NCBI RefSeq assembly: GCF_018398935.1
Contig: NZ_CP074694.1
Coordinates: forward strand, 660,001-692,000
Direction of reading: 5' to 3'
DNA length: 32,000 bases
Source: Telmatocola sphagniphila
Lineage (GTDB): Bacteria > Planctomycetota > Planctomycetia > Gemmatales > Gemmataceae
Below are positions 1 to 9,655 of this stretch, one piece after another. Each line of letters opens with the position of its first letter. The first letter of the stretch is position 1. A program made the position numbers and the translations under genes. The notes under the pieces were generated by a model. The model did no database searches, was not told where the DNA came from, and saw only the letters and a list, made by a program, of their open reading frames with translations.

Positions 1-1563
1 CTGTTCGGGAAAGATTGCAGCAAGGTCTTCACCACCGTGGGCCCCGAACAGGAATACTTCCTGATCGACAGCCAGTTCTTCTTCGCTCGTCCCGACCTTT
101 TGAATGCCGGCCGTACGCTTTTCGGAGCGAATCCTCCCAAGGGGCAGGAACTCGAAGACCAGTACTTCGGGGCCATTCCGGAACGCGTTCTGGCCTGCAT
201 GGCCGATGCCGAAACTCAACTGTTCAAGCTGGGAGTTCCGGTGAAGACCCGCCATAATGAAGTGGCCCCCAGCCAGTACGAAATTGCGCCGATTTTCGAA
301 GATTCGAACCTGGCTACCGACCACAATCAACTCGTGATGGAAGTGATTCGTCGCACGGCTCCGAAGTATGGACTGGCCGCTCTGTTCCACGAAAAGCCTT
401 TTGCCGGCATCAATGGTTCGGGCAAGCACAATAACTGGTCCATGTCGTCCGACGATGGCGAAAACCTTCTGAATCCCGGTTCGACGCCGCACGAAAATGC
501 ACAGTTCCTGGTCTTCTGCGTGGCTGTGATTCGGGCTGTCGCCAAGTATCCCGAACTTCTGCGAGTGACCGTCAGCGGTGCCAACAACGATCATCGTCTG
601 GGCGCCAACGAAGCTCCGCCGGCAATTATCTCGATCTTCCTGGGCGACCAACTCCAGGACATCATGGATCAGCTCGAAAAGGGCGCGGCCAAATCGACCA
701 AGCAGGGCGGCTTTATGGAAATCGGCGTTTCGGTTCTTCCGAAACTTCCCAAAGACGCCGGCGACCGCAATCGAACCAGTCCTTTCGCTTTCACCGGCAA
801 CAAGTTCGAGTTCCGTGCCGTGGGCAGTTCCCAGTCGATTGCGGGACCGAATACCGTTCTGAACACCATCGTTTCGGAATCGCTGGATTTCATTGCTACA
901 GAACTGGAAAAAGTTACCGCGGGCGGAAAGAATCTGAACTTGGCCGTGCAGGAGTTGCTGCCGAAAATCCTCAAGGATAGCAAGAAAGTGCTGTTCAACG
1001 GCGACGGCTACTCCGAAGAATGGCACAAAGAAGCTGAAAAGCGCGGACTGCCGAATCTGAAGAATACCGTAGACGCCCTGGCCAAGATCGTAAGCAAGGA
1101 AAGTCTGGAACTTTTCGCGAAGTACAAAGTGTATAACGAAGCCGAGCTTCGAAGCCGCTTTACCATTCTCTGCGAAAACTATGTCAAAGTCGTCACCGTG
1201 GAAGCGAAACTGACCAGTTTCATGGCCAAGACAATGATTATTCCCGCCTGCCTGCGTTACCAGACCGAAGTTGCCGGTGCTGTGGCAACCAGCAAAGCCG
1301 CAGGTGTCGAGGCAACCACCTCCATGGAACTGTTGAAGACTTTAAATTCGCAGATTATTACTCTCTCCACGGCTGTGGCAAAGCTGGATGCGGTTCTCGC
1401 TCATCACGCCAGTGGTGAACCGTACGATCACTCCAAGTACTCGCGCGATGCCGCCGTCCCCGCCATGAACGAGGTTCGAGCGGCGGCCGATAAGCTGGAA
1501 GCGATTGTCGCGGATGATCTCTGGCCGATCCCGACCTATCGCGAAATGCTCTTCATTAAATAA
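1..1563 (+). CDS. glnN: Glutamine synthetase type III (GlnN-like), C-terminal ~520 aa; the 5' end lies outside the window
   Basis: Frame 1 is open from base 1 ([23 protein letters not shown]), so the listed start at 37 is an internal GTG. GS catalytic-domain motifs are present: [34 protein letters not shown]. The long C-terminal extension is typical of type III enzymes. Stop TAA at 1561-1563. Confidence 0.85.
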   Translation: MFGKDCSKVFTTVGPEQEYFLIDSQFFFARPDLLNAGRTLFGANPPKGQELEDQYFGAIPERVLACMADAETQLFKLGVPVKTRHNEVAPSQYEIAPIFEDSNLATDHNQLVMEVIRRTAPKYGLAALFHEKPFAGINGSGKHNNWSMSSDDGENLLNPGSTPHENAQFLVFCVAVIRAVAKYPELLRVTVSGANNDHRLGANEAPPAIISIFLGDQLQDIMDQLEKGAAKSTKQGGFMEIGVSVLPKLPKDAGDRNRTSPFAFTGNKFEFRAVGSSQSIAGPNTVLNTIVSESLDFIATELEKVTAGGKNLNLAVQELLPKILKDSKKVLFNGDGYSEEWHKEAEKRGLPNLKNTVDALAKIVSKESLELFAKYKVYNEAELRSRFTILCENYVKVVTVEAKLTSFMAKTMIIPACLRYQTEVAGAVATSKAAGVEATTSMELLKTLNSQIITLSTAVAKLDAVLAHHASGEPYDHSKYSRDAAVPAMNEVRAAADKLEAIVADDLWPIPTYREMLFIK

Positions 1564-1630
1564 GGTAGCTCTGGAAGCCGACTGGAACTGACTCCGTCGG
1601 CCCTGAAGCCCTCCTGATAACCCCCCTTCA

Positions 1631-1670
1631 AAAATTCGCGAAAGAGTCAGCTGATTCCTCGCGAATTTTT
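1631..1670 (+). terminator. Possible terminator hairpin after glnN
   Basis: Inverted repeat AAAATTCGCGA (1631-1641) / TCGCGAATTTT (1659-1669) ends in a T run. The stem is AT-rich and the loop is 17 nt, so this is weak. Confidence 0.3.
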
Positions 1671-1763
1671 GCATTTCTGACCAAAAAAGCGTCTAAAATC
1701 CAAGAGATATGGCATTTTTGAGACGGAAAATTGCCTTTTCTTTGGGAATTGTGGCGATTTTCG

Positions 1764-1792
1764 TTGACTAGTGAGTTGAGTACACCTATTCT
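1764..1792 (+). promoter_or_regulatory. Sigma70-like promoter candidate for the HU gene
   Basis: TTGACT (1764-1769), a 17-nt spacer, then TATTCT (1787-1792), about 50 nt upstream of the ATG at 1841. Pattern match only. Confidence 0.35.
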
Positions 1793-1840
1793 CGCAATAA
1801 CGATTTTTCCAACTGTACTATCAGACATGAGAGGCATCGA

Positions 1841-2158
1841 ATGGCTAACCCGAAGTCGATTACGAAAGTTGAATTGTACAACCAGATCGCGGATGCGACC
1901 GGCATGACCAAGGCTCAGGTCAAAACTTTCTTCGACGGTTTGACCGCAACCATCATCAAGAATCTCGGCAAAAAGGGCCCCGGCGTTCTGACGCTCCCCG
2001 GCCTTTTCAAGCTCCGAGCGGTGAAGAAACCCGCAGTGAAGGGCGGCAAGGAAGTTCTCAATCGACTGACGGGCCAGATGACCATCACCAAGAACAAGCC
2101 CGCCTCGACCTCGGTCCGCGCTCGGGCTCTCAAGGGGCTCAAAGAAGCTCTCAAGTAA
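1841..2158 (+). CDS. hup: HU/IHF-family histone-like DNA-binding protein (105 aa)
   Basis: The N-terminus KVELYNQIADATGMTKAQVKTFFDGL and the arm region PGLFKLRAVKKPAVKGGKEVLNRLTGQ fit the HU/IHF fold pattern. It is a monocistronic unit between a promoter-like site and a strong terminator. Confidence 0.85.
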   Translation: MANPKSITKVELYNQIADATGMTKAQVKTFFDGLTATIIKNLGKKGPGVLTLPGLFKLRAVKKPAVKGGKEVLNRLTGQMTITKNKPASTSVRARALKGLKEALK

Positions 2159-2188
2159 GCAACTTGCCCTACAAGTCATAAAACTAAC

Positions 2189-2217
2189 AAAACGGTCTCG
2201 GAAGAGGCCGTTTTTTA
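2189..2217 (+). terminator. Rho-independent terminator of hup
   Basis: Stem CGGTCTC (2193-2199), loop GGAA, stem GAGGCCG (2204-2210, one G-U pair), followed by TTTTTT at 2211-2216. Confidence 0.75.
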
Positions 2218-2297
2218 TTTCACATTAATCCAGCTACTTTCCGAACGAATACACTAATAAGAGCGTCGCCCTTGTCAATCAGAAGTGCAGATTCGCC

Positions 2298-2918
2298 ATG
2301 GCCGCAGTCAGTAAAAGCTCGGATCCCTCCTTCGGTGTATATCCTCCGGAAGAGCATTCCGTCGAGCGACTGGAAGAACGGGTCCGGCTTCTGGAGGAAG
2401 AAGTCGTCGAACTGCGAAACGTCGTGACGACGTTCGGCGATCTTTTCGTCGGCACCTCTCCCAAAGATTCTGCACCGACCGCGACGGTCCCCCGCTCGGA
2501 TAGCAGCGATCCAATCGCCGCAGTCGCCACTCAGGCCCTCAAAAAAACTTTTTGGAGTCGGTTGGGTAACTGGCCTTTGTTCGAACTTTATTCCGAAGTG
2601 ATTCTGATATTCCGAATGTACATCGACCCGCGTTATCGAATGCGTCGGATGACCCAGTTGGTGATACCGGCCATCGCCATGCTCTTCGTTGGCAGCTACT
2701 TCTTCTTCAACTACCTTTTTGCTCTGCCAATCCTGAGTACGATTCTGGAAAGAGCTATCGAAATCTTCCTGGCTATACTTCTGTACAAGGTGCTGCTGGG
2801 TGAGTTGGTCCGATACAAAGAAGTTCTGCAAAATTTCGCGAATTGGAATAACCTGCGTCGGCCAACGGTTGTCACATCCGGAGGAGAAGATCCTCACACG
2901 CCCATGGAGATGGATTGA
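2298..2918 (+). CDS. Hypothetical membrane protein with an N-terminal coiled-coil-like segment and a C-terminal hydrophobic domain
   Basis: ATG start. It contains the acidic heptad-like stretch [22 protein letters not shown], then about three hydrophobic helices ([44 protein letters not shown]). Its stop TGA (2916-2918) abuts or overlaps the pdxJ start. I recognise no family. Confidence 0.55.
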   Translation: MAAVSKSSDPSFGVYPPEEHSVERLEERVRLLEEEVVELRNVVTTFGDLFVGTSPKDSAPTATVPRSDSSDPIAAVATQALKKTFWSRLGNWPLFELYSEVILIFRMYIDPRYRMRRMTQLVIPAIAMLFVGSYFFFNYLFALPILSTILERAIEIFLAILLYKVLLGELVRYKEVLQNFANWNNLRRPTVVTSGGEDPHTPMEMD

Positions 2919-2920
2919 GA

Positions 2921-3658
2921 ATGATTCGACTGGGTGTGAATATCGATCATGTTGCCACCGTACGGCAGGCACGACGCGGGTTCGAGCCCGATCCCGTACT
3001 GGCCGCCGGGTTGGCACTTCTGGGCGGTGCGGATACGATCACCATTCACTTGCGGGAAGACCGCCGTCACATCCAGGATCGCGATCTTTATATTCTCCGA
3101 CAGACACTTCCTTCGGGATTGAATCTGGAGATGGCCTGTTCCGATGAAATCGTTCAACTGGCACTGAAGACGAAGCCCGATCAGGTAACGCTGGTTCCAG
3201 AGAAACGCCAGGAACTCACAACCGAAGGCGGTTTGGACGTTATTGGCAACGAGGCCGCGGTTGCTCAAGTGACCCAGCAACTGGGAAGCGCAGGAATTGA
3301 CGTATCCCTCTTCATCGACCCCTCCATTGAGCAAGTGGAGAAATCGGCGAAACTCGGCGTGCGTGCGATCGAATTTCACACCGGTTCCTATGCGGAAGCC
3401 AGGGGCCGCGATGCGGTAGCTCATCAGCTTGGTCTCCTGCGTAAAGCAGCGGCGCGGGCGATCAAACTCGGATTGCACGTGCACATGGGGCACGGCTTGA
3501 ATTACCTCAATGTCCAGCCGATCGTGCGGATTCCCGGAGTCGAGGAGTTGAACATTGGGCATAGTATCATCAGCCGGGCGATATTCGTAGGATTGGAAAG
3601 AGCGGTTAGAGAGATGAAGTTGGCAATGCAGGAAAACTTCCCCCACCCCGAAGTATGA
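2921..3658 (+). CDS. pdxJ: Pyridoxine 5'-phosphate synthase
   Basis: [20 protein letters not shown]...[16 protein letters not shown]...IEFHTG...HMGHGLNY are classic PdxJ motifs. I prefer the ATG at 2921; the ORF track starts at a TTG at 2915. Confidence 0.9.
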   Translation: MIRLGVNIDHVATVRQARRGFEPDPVLAAGLALLGGADTITIHLREDRRHIQDRDLYILRQTLPSGLNLEMACSDEIVQLALKTKPDQVTLVPEKRQELTTEGGLDVIGNEAAVAQVTQQLGSAGIDVSLFIDPSIEQVEKSAKLGVRAIEFHTGSYAEARGRDAVAHQLGLLRKAAARAIKLGLHVHMGHGLNYLNVQPIVRIPGVEELNIGHSIISRAIFVGLERAVREMKLAMQENFPHPEV

Positions 3659-3756
3659 GAATTTGAGCGGTCCTGGATATTCGTATTCCCATCTTATGGC
3701 TCATCGGTTATTGAATTTCTTTCAAGAGAATGTTTTTCCTGGCAGGAGCCTTTAAG

Positions 3757-4812
3757 ATGAAGATTATCGGAAAGCCGGTGGTACTGGCTCTTTCGCTGGT
3801 ATGGTCCGCAGGTGTTGTCAACGCTCAAGGACCGGCTGGTGGTAGCCCGAACGGTGGAATCGCCATCCCCGCTGTCGGTGGAGCGGAAGTTGCCACTCCA
3901 CGACCCACCGGAGTGGCCGCCCGCGTCAACAATCAGAATATTCCCGAAGTCGCCGTGGCTCGCGCACTGAAAGCAGTGCCCGTGGAAGATCGAGCCAAGG
4001 CTCGGCCGGAAATCATTCAGTTTCTGATCGACAATGCTCTGATCGATCAATACCTCGGTGCCCTGAAGATCAGCGTCGATGCCTTCGAAGTGGAGAAGAA
4101 ACTCGCTGAATTCAAAGCCGAAGCGACCTCCCACAAGCAGGAATACGCCAAGGTTCTCGAAAACCTGATGCTCACCGAAGAAGAGCTCAAGGAACATATC
4201 GTAGGGCAGACTCGCTTCGATAAGTTCGTTGCACAGCAGGCGACCCCAGAAGTGCTTCAACAGATGTTCAAGGCGAATATAGACGTGTTCGACGGTACGC
4301 TGGTCCGCGCCCGCCACATTCTGGTGACTCCAAAAGATGATTCCGCCAAGAGCAAGCAGGAAGCCGAAGTCAGAGCTCGCCAGATCAAGGTGGCACTCAC
4401 CAAGGCCGTTAACGAAGCCATGGTCAAATTGCCGGCGGACACGACTAAAGAAGCCCGCGAGCAATATCGCCTGAAATTCACCGAAGATGCTTTCAAGCAG
4501 CTCGCCCAGTCCTATTCCGACTGCCCTTCGAAGAGCGAAGGCGGCGATCTGAACTGGTTCCCGCGTGCTGGCAGCATGGTGGAGCCTTTCGCCAAGGCGG
4601 CTTACGCGCTGCCTGCGGGAACGGTCAGCGACATCGTTCCCACGCAATTTGGATACCACCTGATTCTGGTGACGCAACGCAAGCAGGGGGCGCCGACGGA
4701 ATTTGAGAAGGTTAAGGATGCCGTCCGAATGTACTATGAAGGGAAGCTTCGCGAAGCCATTACTGCGAAGATGCGGGCTACCGCGAAAATTGAAGTGACT
4801 CCCGGTCGCTAA
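3757..4812 (+). CDS. Secreted parvulin-type peptidyl-prolyl cis-trans isomerase (SurA/PrsA-like)
   Basis: AGGAG lies 8 nt upstream of the ATG at 3757. The signal peptide is MKIIGKPVVLALSLVWSAGVVNAQ. The parvulin core reads ARHILV...SDCPSKSEGGDLNWFPRAGSMVEPFAKAA...FGYHLILV. The upstream ATG at 3730 is less likely. Confidence 0.85.
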   Translation: MKIIGKPVVLALSLVWSAGVVNAQGPAGGSPNGGIAIPAVGGAEVATPRPTGVAARVNNQNIPEVAVARALKAVPVEDRAKARPEIIQFLIDNALIDQYLGALKISVDAFEVEKKLAEFKAEATSHKQEYAKVLENLMLTEEELKEHIVGQTRFDKFVAQQATPEVLQQMFKANIDVFDGTLVRARHILVTPKDDSAKSKQEAEVRARQIKVALTKAVNEAMVKLPADTTKEAREQYRLKFTEDAFKQLAQSYSDCPSKSEGGDLNWFPRAGSMVEPFAKAAYALPAGTVSDIVPTQFGYHLILVTQRKQGAPTEFEKVKDAVRMYYEGKLREAITAKMRATAKIEVTPGR

Positions 4813-4832
4813 AATTCTCCCGCATTATTTCG

Positions 4833-4866
4833 AGCGATCCCGTTTTTGGGATCGCTTCATTTTTTG
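4833..4866 (+). terminator. Rho-independent terminator of the PPIase gene
   Basis: AGCGATCCC (4833-4841), loop GTTTTT, GGGATCGCT (4848-4856), then TCATTTTTT. Confidence 0.8.
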
Positions 4867-4888
4867 TTGCCCTGATTAGGTTGATGAC

Positions 4889-5269
4889 GTGCTACCAATT
4901 TTTTTGCTGATAGGCTCCAACATCTTCATGACCGTGGCCTGGTATGGCCATTTGAAATTCAAGGATCATTCGATCTGGATCGTTATTGCTGTCAGTTGGA
5001 TGATCGCACTGCCGGAGTACCTGTTGCAGGTGCCGGCGAACCGACTGGGGACGAACACGTTCAGCGCGACGCAAATGAAGATCTTCCAGGAAGTGATCTC
5101 CGTTACCATCTTCATACTTTTCGGTTACTTTTATCTGAGAGAATCGCCGACCTGGCGAACAGGAGGGGCATTTTTGCTGATACTGCTGGCCGCCGGATTG
5201 GCTGCGAGCGATCACAAGAAACCGCTGATTGTGGAACTCGAAAATCCGCAACAGATCGCGGCGAAATAA
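4889..5269 (+). CDS. Small DMT-superfamily membrane protein (DUF486-like)
   Basis: GTG start, 126 aa, four hydrophobic helices. From memory, the N-terminal SNIFMTVAWYGHLKF motif is characteristic of the DUF486 family. Confidence 0.65.
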   Translation: MLPIFLLIGSNIFMTVAWYGHLKFKDHSIWIVIAVSWMIALPEYLLQVPANRLGTNTFSATQMKIFQEVISVTIFILFGYFYLRESPTWRTGGAFLLILLAAGLAASDHKKPLIVELENPQQIAAK

Positions 5270-5272
5270 AAT

Positions 5273-5308
5273 AAACTCCTGCGCAGTCGAGCGACCGCGC
5301 GGGAGTTT
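5273..5308. terminator. Bidirectional terminator hairpin between the convergent DMT gene and rpmA
   Basis: AAACTCCTGCGC (5273-5284) pairs with GCGCGGGAGTTT (5297-5308) through one G-U pair. T-rich tracts follow on both strands. Confidence 0.6.
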
Positions 5309-5336
5309 CATCGAATTTCAAATTGTCCGAAATCGC

Positions 5337-5603
5337 TTATTTCGCGACTTCTGCAACCACGGGAGCCGTCACATTCACACGACGGCCTTCGCGATCGAAT
5401 GATACCAGACCTTCGACCAAGGCGAACAGAGAATCATCCTTAGCTCGCTTCACGTTGCGACCGGGAAGGAACTTCGTACCCCGTTGCTTGATGATGATGC
5501 TGCCAACCGTGACGAACTGACCGGCGTAAGCTTTGACGCCGAGCCGTTTGGGGGCCGAGTCTCGTCCGTTACGTACCGAGCCCTGACCTTTCTTATGTGC
5601 CAT
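5337..5603 (-). CDS. rpmA: 50S ribosomal protein L27
   Basis: [24 protein letters not shown]...[16 protein letters not shown] is the canonical L27 sequence. GAGG lies 8 nt upstream of the ATG. Confidence 0.95.
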   Translation of the reverse strand: MAHKKGQGSVRNGRDSAPKRLGVKAYAGQFVTVGSIIIKQRGTKFLPGRNVKRAKDDSLFALVEGLVSFDREGRRVNVTAPVVAEVAK

Positions 5604-5753
5604 TTCCGCCTCACTGTTAACTTCAAATAAGAATAATTATGATAAGAATCTCTGTTGCTGCGGACAATGGCAAGTAGCAGAAAATTCAGACTTCTGGGCG
5701 AACAATGATCGCAAATAGAGCTCTCTGCCAAGTCAGGTTTCGAAGATTCTGGA

Positions 5754-7202
5754 TCAGGACGGAGCCACCGGCTTGCCATCGGGCCCGATTTTCAAAAGTC
5801 TAATGGTTGGCAGATAATCCCCTCCTTCAATCGGGTGCCCTGCGAGAACCAGTACCCGCATACCTTCCGTGAGAACCTTTGCGTCGAAAGAGTGCTGAAT
5901 CGCTGTCGACATTCGATCATCACCCGCGCGGCGGCAGTAAATCATATGCACAGGTTTCAGACCCCAGACCAGAGCCATTTGCCGGACGACAAACTCCGAA
6001 GGGGAGGGAGCCACTACCATGGCTTTCGGGCGGTGCCGAGCAATCAACCGGGCGGTTCTACCAGATAGAGTTGGAGTGACAATGGCGTCGACTTTCAGCT
6101 TATTTGCCAGGTCGTAAACTTCATTGGTAATGATGTCGTCGACGTCTTCGGTCTTCAAATTCAGTTGCACCATCGGATCGGTCAGATCGGCCAGGTGCGA
6201 TTCCGCTTCCAGGGCAATTTTGGACATGCAGAGCACGCTTTCCACCGGGTAATCGCCGGCAGCGGTCTCCCCGGAGAGCATGATGGCATCGGTCCCATCG
6301 TAAATCGCGTTAGCAACGTCACTGGCTTCCGCACGCGTCGGCCGAGGGTTTTTTCGCATCGAATCGAGCATATCCGTCGCGGTAATCACCGGCTTGCCGT
6401 AAGAACGCGCCAGGGTAATCAAGCGTTTCTGAACCGTGGGCACTCTTTCCAACGGGATCTCGACGCCTAAATCGCCGCGCGCCACCATAATACCGTCAAA
6501 GGCTCGCACGATTTCTTCCGCTCGCTCCACGGCCTCCGGACGTTCCATCTTGGCGATTAGCGGCACATCCAGGCCGAAACTTTTAGCCGCCAAACGGAGT
6601 TCCTCCGCTGCTTCCGCGCTCCGAACGAAGGAGAGTGCCAGCCAGTCACATCCGGATTTCGCGAGGAACGCCAGAGCGGTGCGGTCGGCGTCCGTCAACG
6701 CGGGTATGGTCAGCGGCGTGTCGGGTAGGTTCAATCCTTTCTTGGGAAGTAATTTTCCCCCGATGACGACTTTCGCCAGGAGTCGATCCTTCAATTTCTC
6801 CCCGGCTACCAGTTGCAACCGGCCATCATCCAGAAGAATGCGTTCGTTTGGCTTCACATCTTGAAGCATCTCCGGTTCCGTTATAGTGATGTCCTCCGCC
6901 GCAACCGGAGTGTGGGAGAGGCTGAAGGAAATCGTATCGCCGCCTCGAAGTTCGCGTTCTGAGGGGAGAAACACTCGGAGTTTAGGACCGGGCAGATCCG
7001 CCAGAATGGCAACATTCTTGCCGAGTTGCCGGGCAATAGTTCGCAGTCGATCGATCCGCTGGAGGTGCTCTTCAGCGCTCCCATGGGAACAGTTGATGCG
7101 GGCCACATCCATCCCGGCATCCAGTATCGCTCGCAGTCGCTCCTCCGAATCGGTCGAAGGACCCAGAGTTGCAACGATGCGCGTTTGACGTTCGATAGCC
7201 AT
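5754..7202 (-). CDS. pyk: Pyruvate kinase
   Basis: TRIVATLGPS, MDVARINCSHG, GPKLR, MVARGDLGVEIP and MLSGETAAG are all pyruvate kinase motifs. I prefer the ATG at 7202 (MAIERQTRIV) to the TTG at 7229. Confidence 0.9.
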   Translation of the reverse strand: MAIERQTRIVATLGPSTDSEERLRAILDAGMDVARINCSHGSAEEHLQRIDRLRTIARQLGKNVAILADLPGPKLRVFLPSERELRGGDTISFSLSHTPVAAEDITITEPEMLQDVKPNERILLDDGRLQLVAGEKLKDRLLAKVVIGGKLLPKKGLNLPDTPLTIPALTDADRTALAFLAKSGCDWLALSFVRSAEAAEELRLAAKSFGLDVPLIAKMERPEAVERAEEIVRAFDGIMVARGDLGVEIPLERVPTVQKRLITLARSYGKPVITATDMLDSMRKNPRPTRAEASDVANAIYDGTDAIMLSGETAAGDYPVESVLCMSKIALEAESHLADLTDPMVQLNLKTEDVDDIITNEVYDLANKLKVDAIVTPTLSGRTARLIARHRPKAMVVAPSPSEFVVRQMALVWGLKPVHMIYCRRAGDDRMSTAIQHSFDAKVLTEGMRVLVLAGHPIEGGDYLPTIRLLKIGPDGKPVAPS

Positions 7203-7238
7203 AAAACCTTTCTTTGGAAACTCTCTCAACTCAAACAG

Positions 7239-9611
7239 TTATTTCGGTTCGCCCAAATGCTTTTTGAAGAATTTCGCCGTGCGAACCCAGAGCTTTTCCG
7301 TGACTTCCGGATCGGCCTGATACATGTGGGTGATACCCGCCAAGGGAACGAATTCGAAATCCTTGCCGGCGCGGAACAGCGCATCGGCCAGGCGGAGAGA
7401 GTGCCGAAAATAGACATTGTCATCGGCGGAACCATGCACCAGCATCAAAGGGCCGCGCAAATTCTTGGCTTTTTTGATCAGATTCGCTTCATCGTAGTCT
7501 TTTTGGTGCTCCGGCAGCAAGCCCATGTAGCGTTCTGTGTAGTGGGTATCGTAATCTTCCCAGTCAGTGACCGGAGCCCCGGCCACACCCGCTTTGAAGA
7601 AACTTTTTTCATCCAGCATTGCGAGAGCCGACATGTACCCGCCGAAGGACCAGCCGACGATACCCGAACGATCAATATCCAACTCCGGATATTTAAGAGC
7701 TAACTGCCGCAGAGCCAGTTGCTGATCCGCCAATGGAATTGAACCAAATTTGCCATAAATGTTACGTTCCCACTCGATTCCTTTGCCCGGGGTTCCTCGG
7801 TTGTCGATACCGACGATGATAAATCCCTGATTCGCCAGCCATTGCTTGATGAGCCAGGGCCGCATGGCATTTACGACGGTGAGATGATGTGGGCCACCAT
7901 AGACATCCACGATGACCGGATATTTCTTCTTAGGATCGAAATTGGTCGGCCGGAGAATGCAAGTGGAGAAGTTCAACTCTCGCGTTTCATTCCTGGGACT
8001 GTTAAAGGTTTCACCACTTACAACATTCAACCATTCCCAACGTAGATCCAATTTCGGTTCCGCACCGACGGAGGGTATGTCGAATTTCTTCTGGTTGCCG
8101 AACCAGACGCTACTTTGCGGCATATTCTTGATCGAAGTATGCGTTCTCACGGACCATGAATGATCCCTGGCAAATACAGCGGTATGCTGGCCGGGCTCCT
8201 CGGAAAAACGTTCTAATTTGAGATCCTCTCCTTCATTCTTTGGGATACGAATTCTGTAGAGATGGATCTCACTGCTACCGTTGGCCTCTGCGTCCTTGAA
8301 CGGGTATCCGGTAATAATGAATTCTGTCCCATCAGATTTTGCGGAGATCAGCTTTTCGAATAATGCTGGTTCTGAAAGATCCGAAATTTTCTTTTGATCT
8401 AAGTCTGCAAAAGAAAAGACCCCTTTGCCCGATTCGGAATTTTGGAAGCAGAGCCGATCAAAATCTCTCTGATATGTCGCAAAGAATAACTTGCTCTTAG
8501 GGAGCGACTTCAAAGACTCCGGATAGAGATTCAGAAAGCGAGAATTATGCTGTCTGCTAATAATCTCCGTGTCTTTCTTTTCTCCTTCAACCCGAAAAAT
8601 AGCCTGGTGTTGCTGGGACCGGGTTTGCCAGATAATGAGCAATCCCGTTTCGTTGCTCCAGCCGACATTTGTTAAGTATTCCCATGATTCTGCAGATTTT
8701 GGTGAGGGGCTACCACTTTGAGGATCAAACTCTGGAAAAGTGATCTCCTCAAACTTCAGCCAGGATGGTTCCTTACCCGCCTGACCATCTTCCAGACTAA
8801 TGAGTCCGACGCGGACCTTGGCATTCTTCTTACCGGGGCGAGGGTAATATTGCGGCAAGCCAGCCCGATCCGGCTTGCTCGGATCATTGACCGTCCACTG
8901 TTCCAACCCTTCGTGATCGGCCTCCTCAATCAGCATCATTTTGGAATCGGGCGACCACCAGAAGCCGTGCATCCGCTTCATTTCTTCCTGGGCCACGAAC
9001 TCCGCCAGGCCGTGCGTTTTCACCAGTGTGCCGCCGTGCGTAATCCGAGATTCCTTATCGGTCGCGAGATCATAAACGTACACGTCCTGAAGGAGCACAT
9101 AGCCGACTTTTCTGCCATCGGGACTGAGTTGCGGATCTATGGGCGAACCGGAGAGCTTCAATTCCTGGCTTTTCTTCTGCAACCGGTCGAAAGTGTAGAG
9201 CTTGCCGGAGAGGGGAATCAAGAGCTGCTGCGAATTTGGAATCTGGAAGTAATTGGAAATGCCTCGAGCGACAATTCGCATCCGTTCGCGTCGGGCTTTC
9301 TCCTCGATTGTCAGGTTTTCCTCTTTGGTTCCCATCAGCTGCGAAGCCAGCAGAAGTTCTTCAATTTTTCCGGTAGCTAAATCGAGGGAATGCAGGGCCA
9401 GTTGAGGTTCGCTTGCCCGGCTCCTGAGGAAGAGCACATATTTATTATCTTCGGTGAACTGGAAATTACCGGGACGGCCTCGGAGAAACCCCTGAGATTC
9501 GGCGTATTCCCGCAGGAAGCTAGTGTCGGGTTGATCGTTCACCGGTTTGTCCTGAGCATGCGAGTCAACGGGCAGTACGAGAAGTATTAACGAAAAACCG
9601 AGCCAACGCAT
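7239..9611 (-). CDS. Secreted S9-family serine peptidase (dipeptidyl-peptidase IV-like, beta-propeller plus alpha/beta hydrolase)
   Basis: ATG at 9611 gives the signal peptide MRWLGFSLILLVLPVDSHAQ; the ORF track starts at a GTG at 9620. The catalytic triad context is GWSFGGY (Ser), HGSADDNV (Asp) and GITHMY (His). The long N-terminal domain fits a DPP-IV propeller. It ends 36 bp upstream of pyk on the same strand. Confidence 0.85.
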   Translation of the reverse strand: MRWLGFSLILLVLPVDSHAQDKPVNDQPDTSFLREYAESQGFLRGRPGNFQFTEDNKYVLFLRSRASEPQLALHSLDLATGKIEELLLASQLMGTKEENLTIEEKARRERMRIVARGISNYFQIPNSQQLLIPLSGKLYTFDRLQKKSQELKLSGSPIDPQLSPDGRKVGYVLLQDVYVYDLATDKESRITHGGTLVKTHGLAEFVAQEEMKRMHGFWWSPDSKMMLIEEADHEGLEQWTVNDPSKPDRAGLPQYYPRPGKKNAKVRVGLISLEDGQAGKEPSWLKFEEITFPEFDPQSGSPSPKSAESWEYLTNVGWSNETGLLIIWQTRSQQHQAIFRVEGEKKDTEIISRQHNSRFLNLYPESLKSLPKSKLFFATYQRDFDRLCFQNSESGKGVFSFADLDQKKISDLSEPALFEKLISAKSDGTEFIITGYPFKDAEANGSSEIHLYRIRIPKNEGEDLKLERFSEEPGQHTAVFARDHSWSVRTHTSIKNMPQSSVWFGNQKKFDIPSVGAEPKLDLRWEWLNVVSGETFNSPRNETRELNFSTCILRPTNFDPKKKYPVIVDVYGGPHHLTVVNAMRPWLIKQWLANQGFIIVGIDNRGTPGKGIEWERNIYGKFGSIPLADQQLALRQLALKYPELDIDRSGIVGWSFGGYMSALAMLDEKSFFKAGVAGAPVTDWEDYDTHYTERYMGLLPEHQKDYDEANLIKKAKNLRGPLMLVHGSADDNVYFRHSLRLADALFRAGKDFEFVPLAGITHMYQADPEVTEKLWVRTAKFFKKHLGEPK

Positions 9612-9655
9612 GATAGCCACCTCAAAAGTGATCGTCCCGATCTTATAACAGTTTC

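Noticed and set aside
1628-2179. A 183-aa minus-strand ORF spanning the hup locus
   Set aside because: It overlaps the HU gene, its promoter and the glnN terminator region. It has no motifs, so it is a shadow ORF.
2220-3646. Minus-strand ORFs of 265 aa (2220-3017) and 250 aa (2894-3646)
   Set aside because: They are antisense to the membrane-protein gene and to pdxJ, whose identity is unambiguous. Their translations are Arg-rich and low in complexity.
3694-4677. A 327-aa ORF on the minus strand
   Set aside because: It is antisense to the well-supported PPIase gene, has no recognisable motifs, and has the odd composition typical of shadow frames.
7026-9380. Plus-strand ORFs of 225 aa (7026-7703) and 220 aa (8718-9380)
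   Set aside because: They are antisense to pyk and to the S9 peptidase gene, both of which carry clear catalytic motifs.
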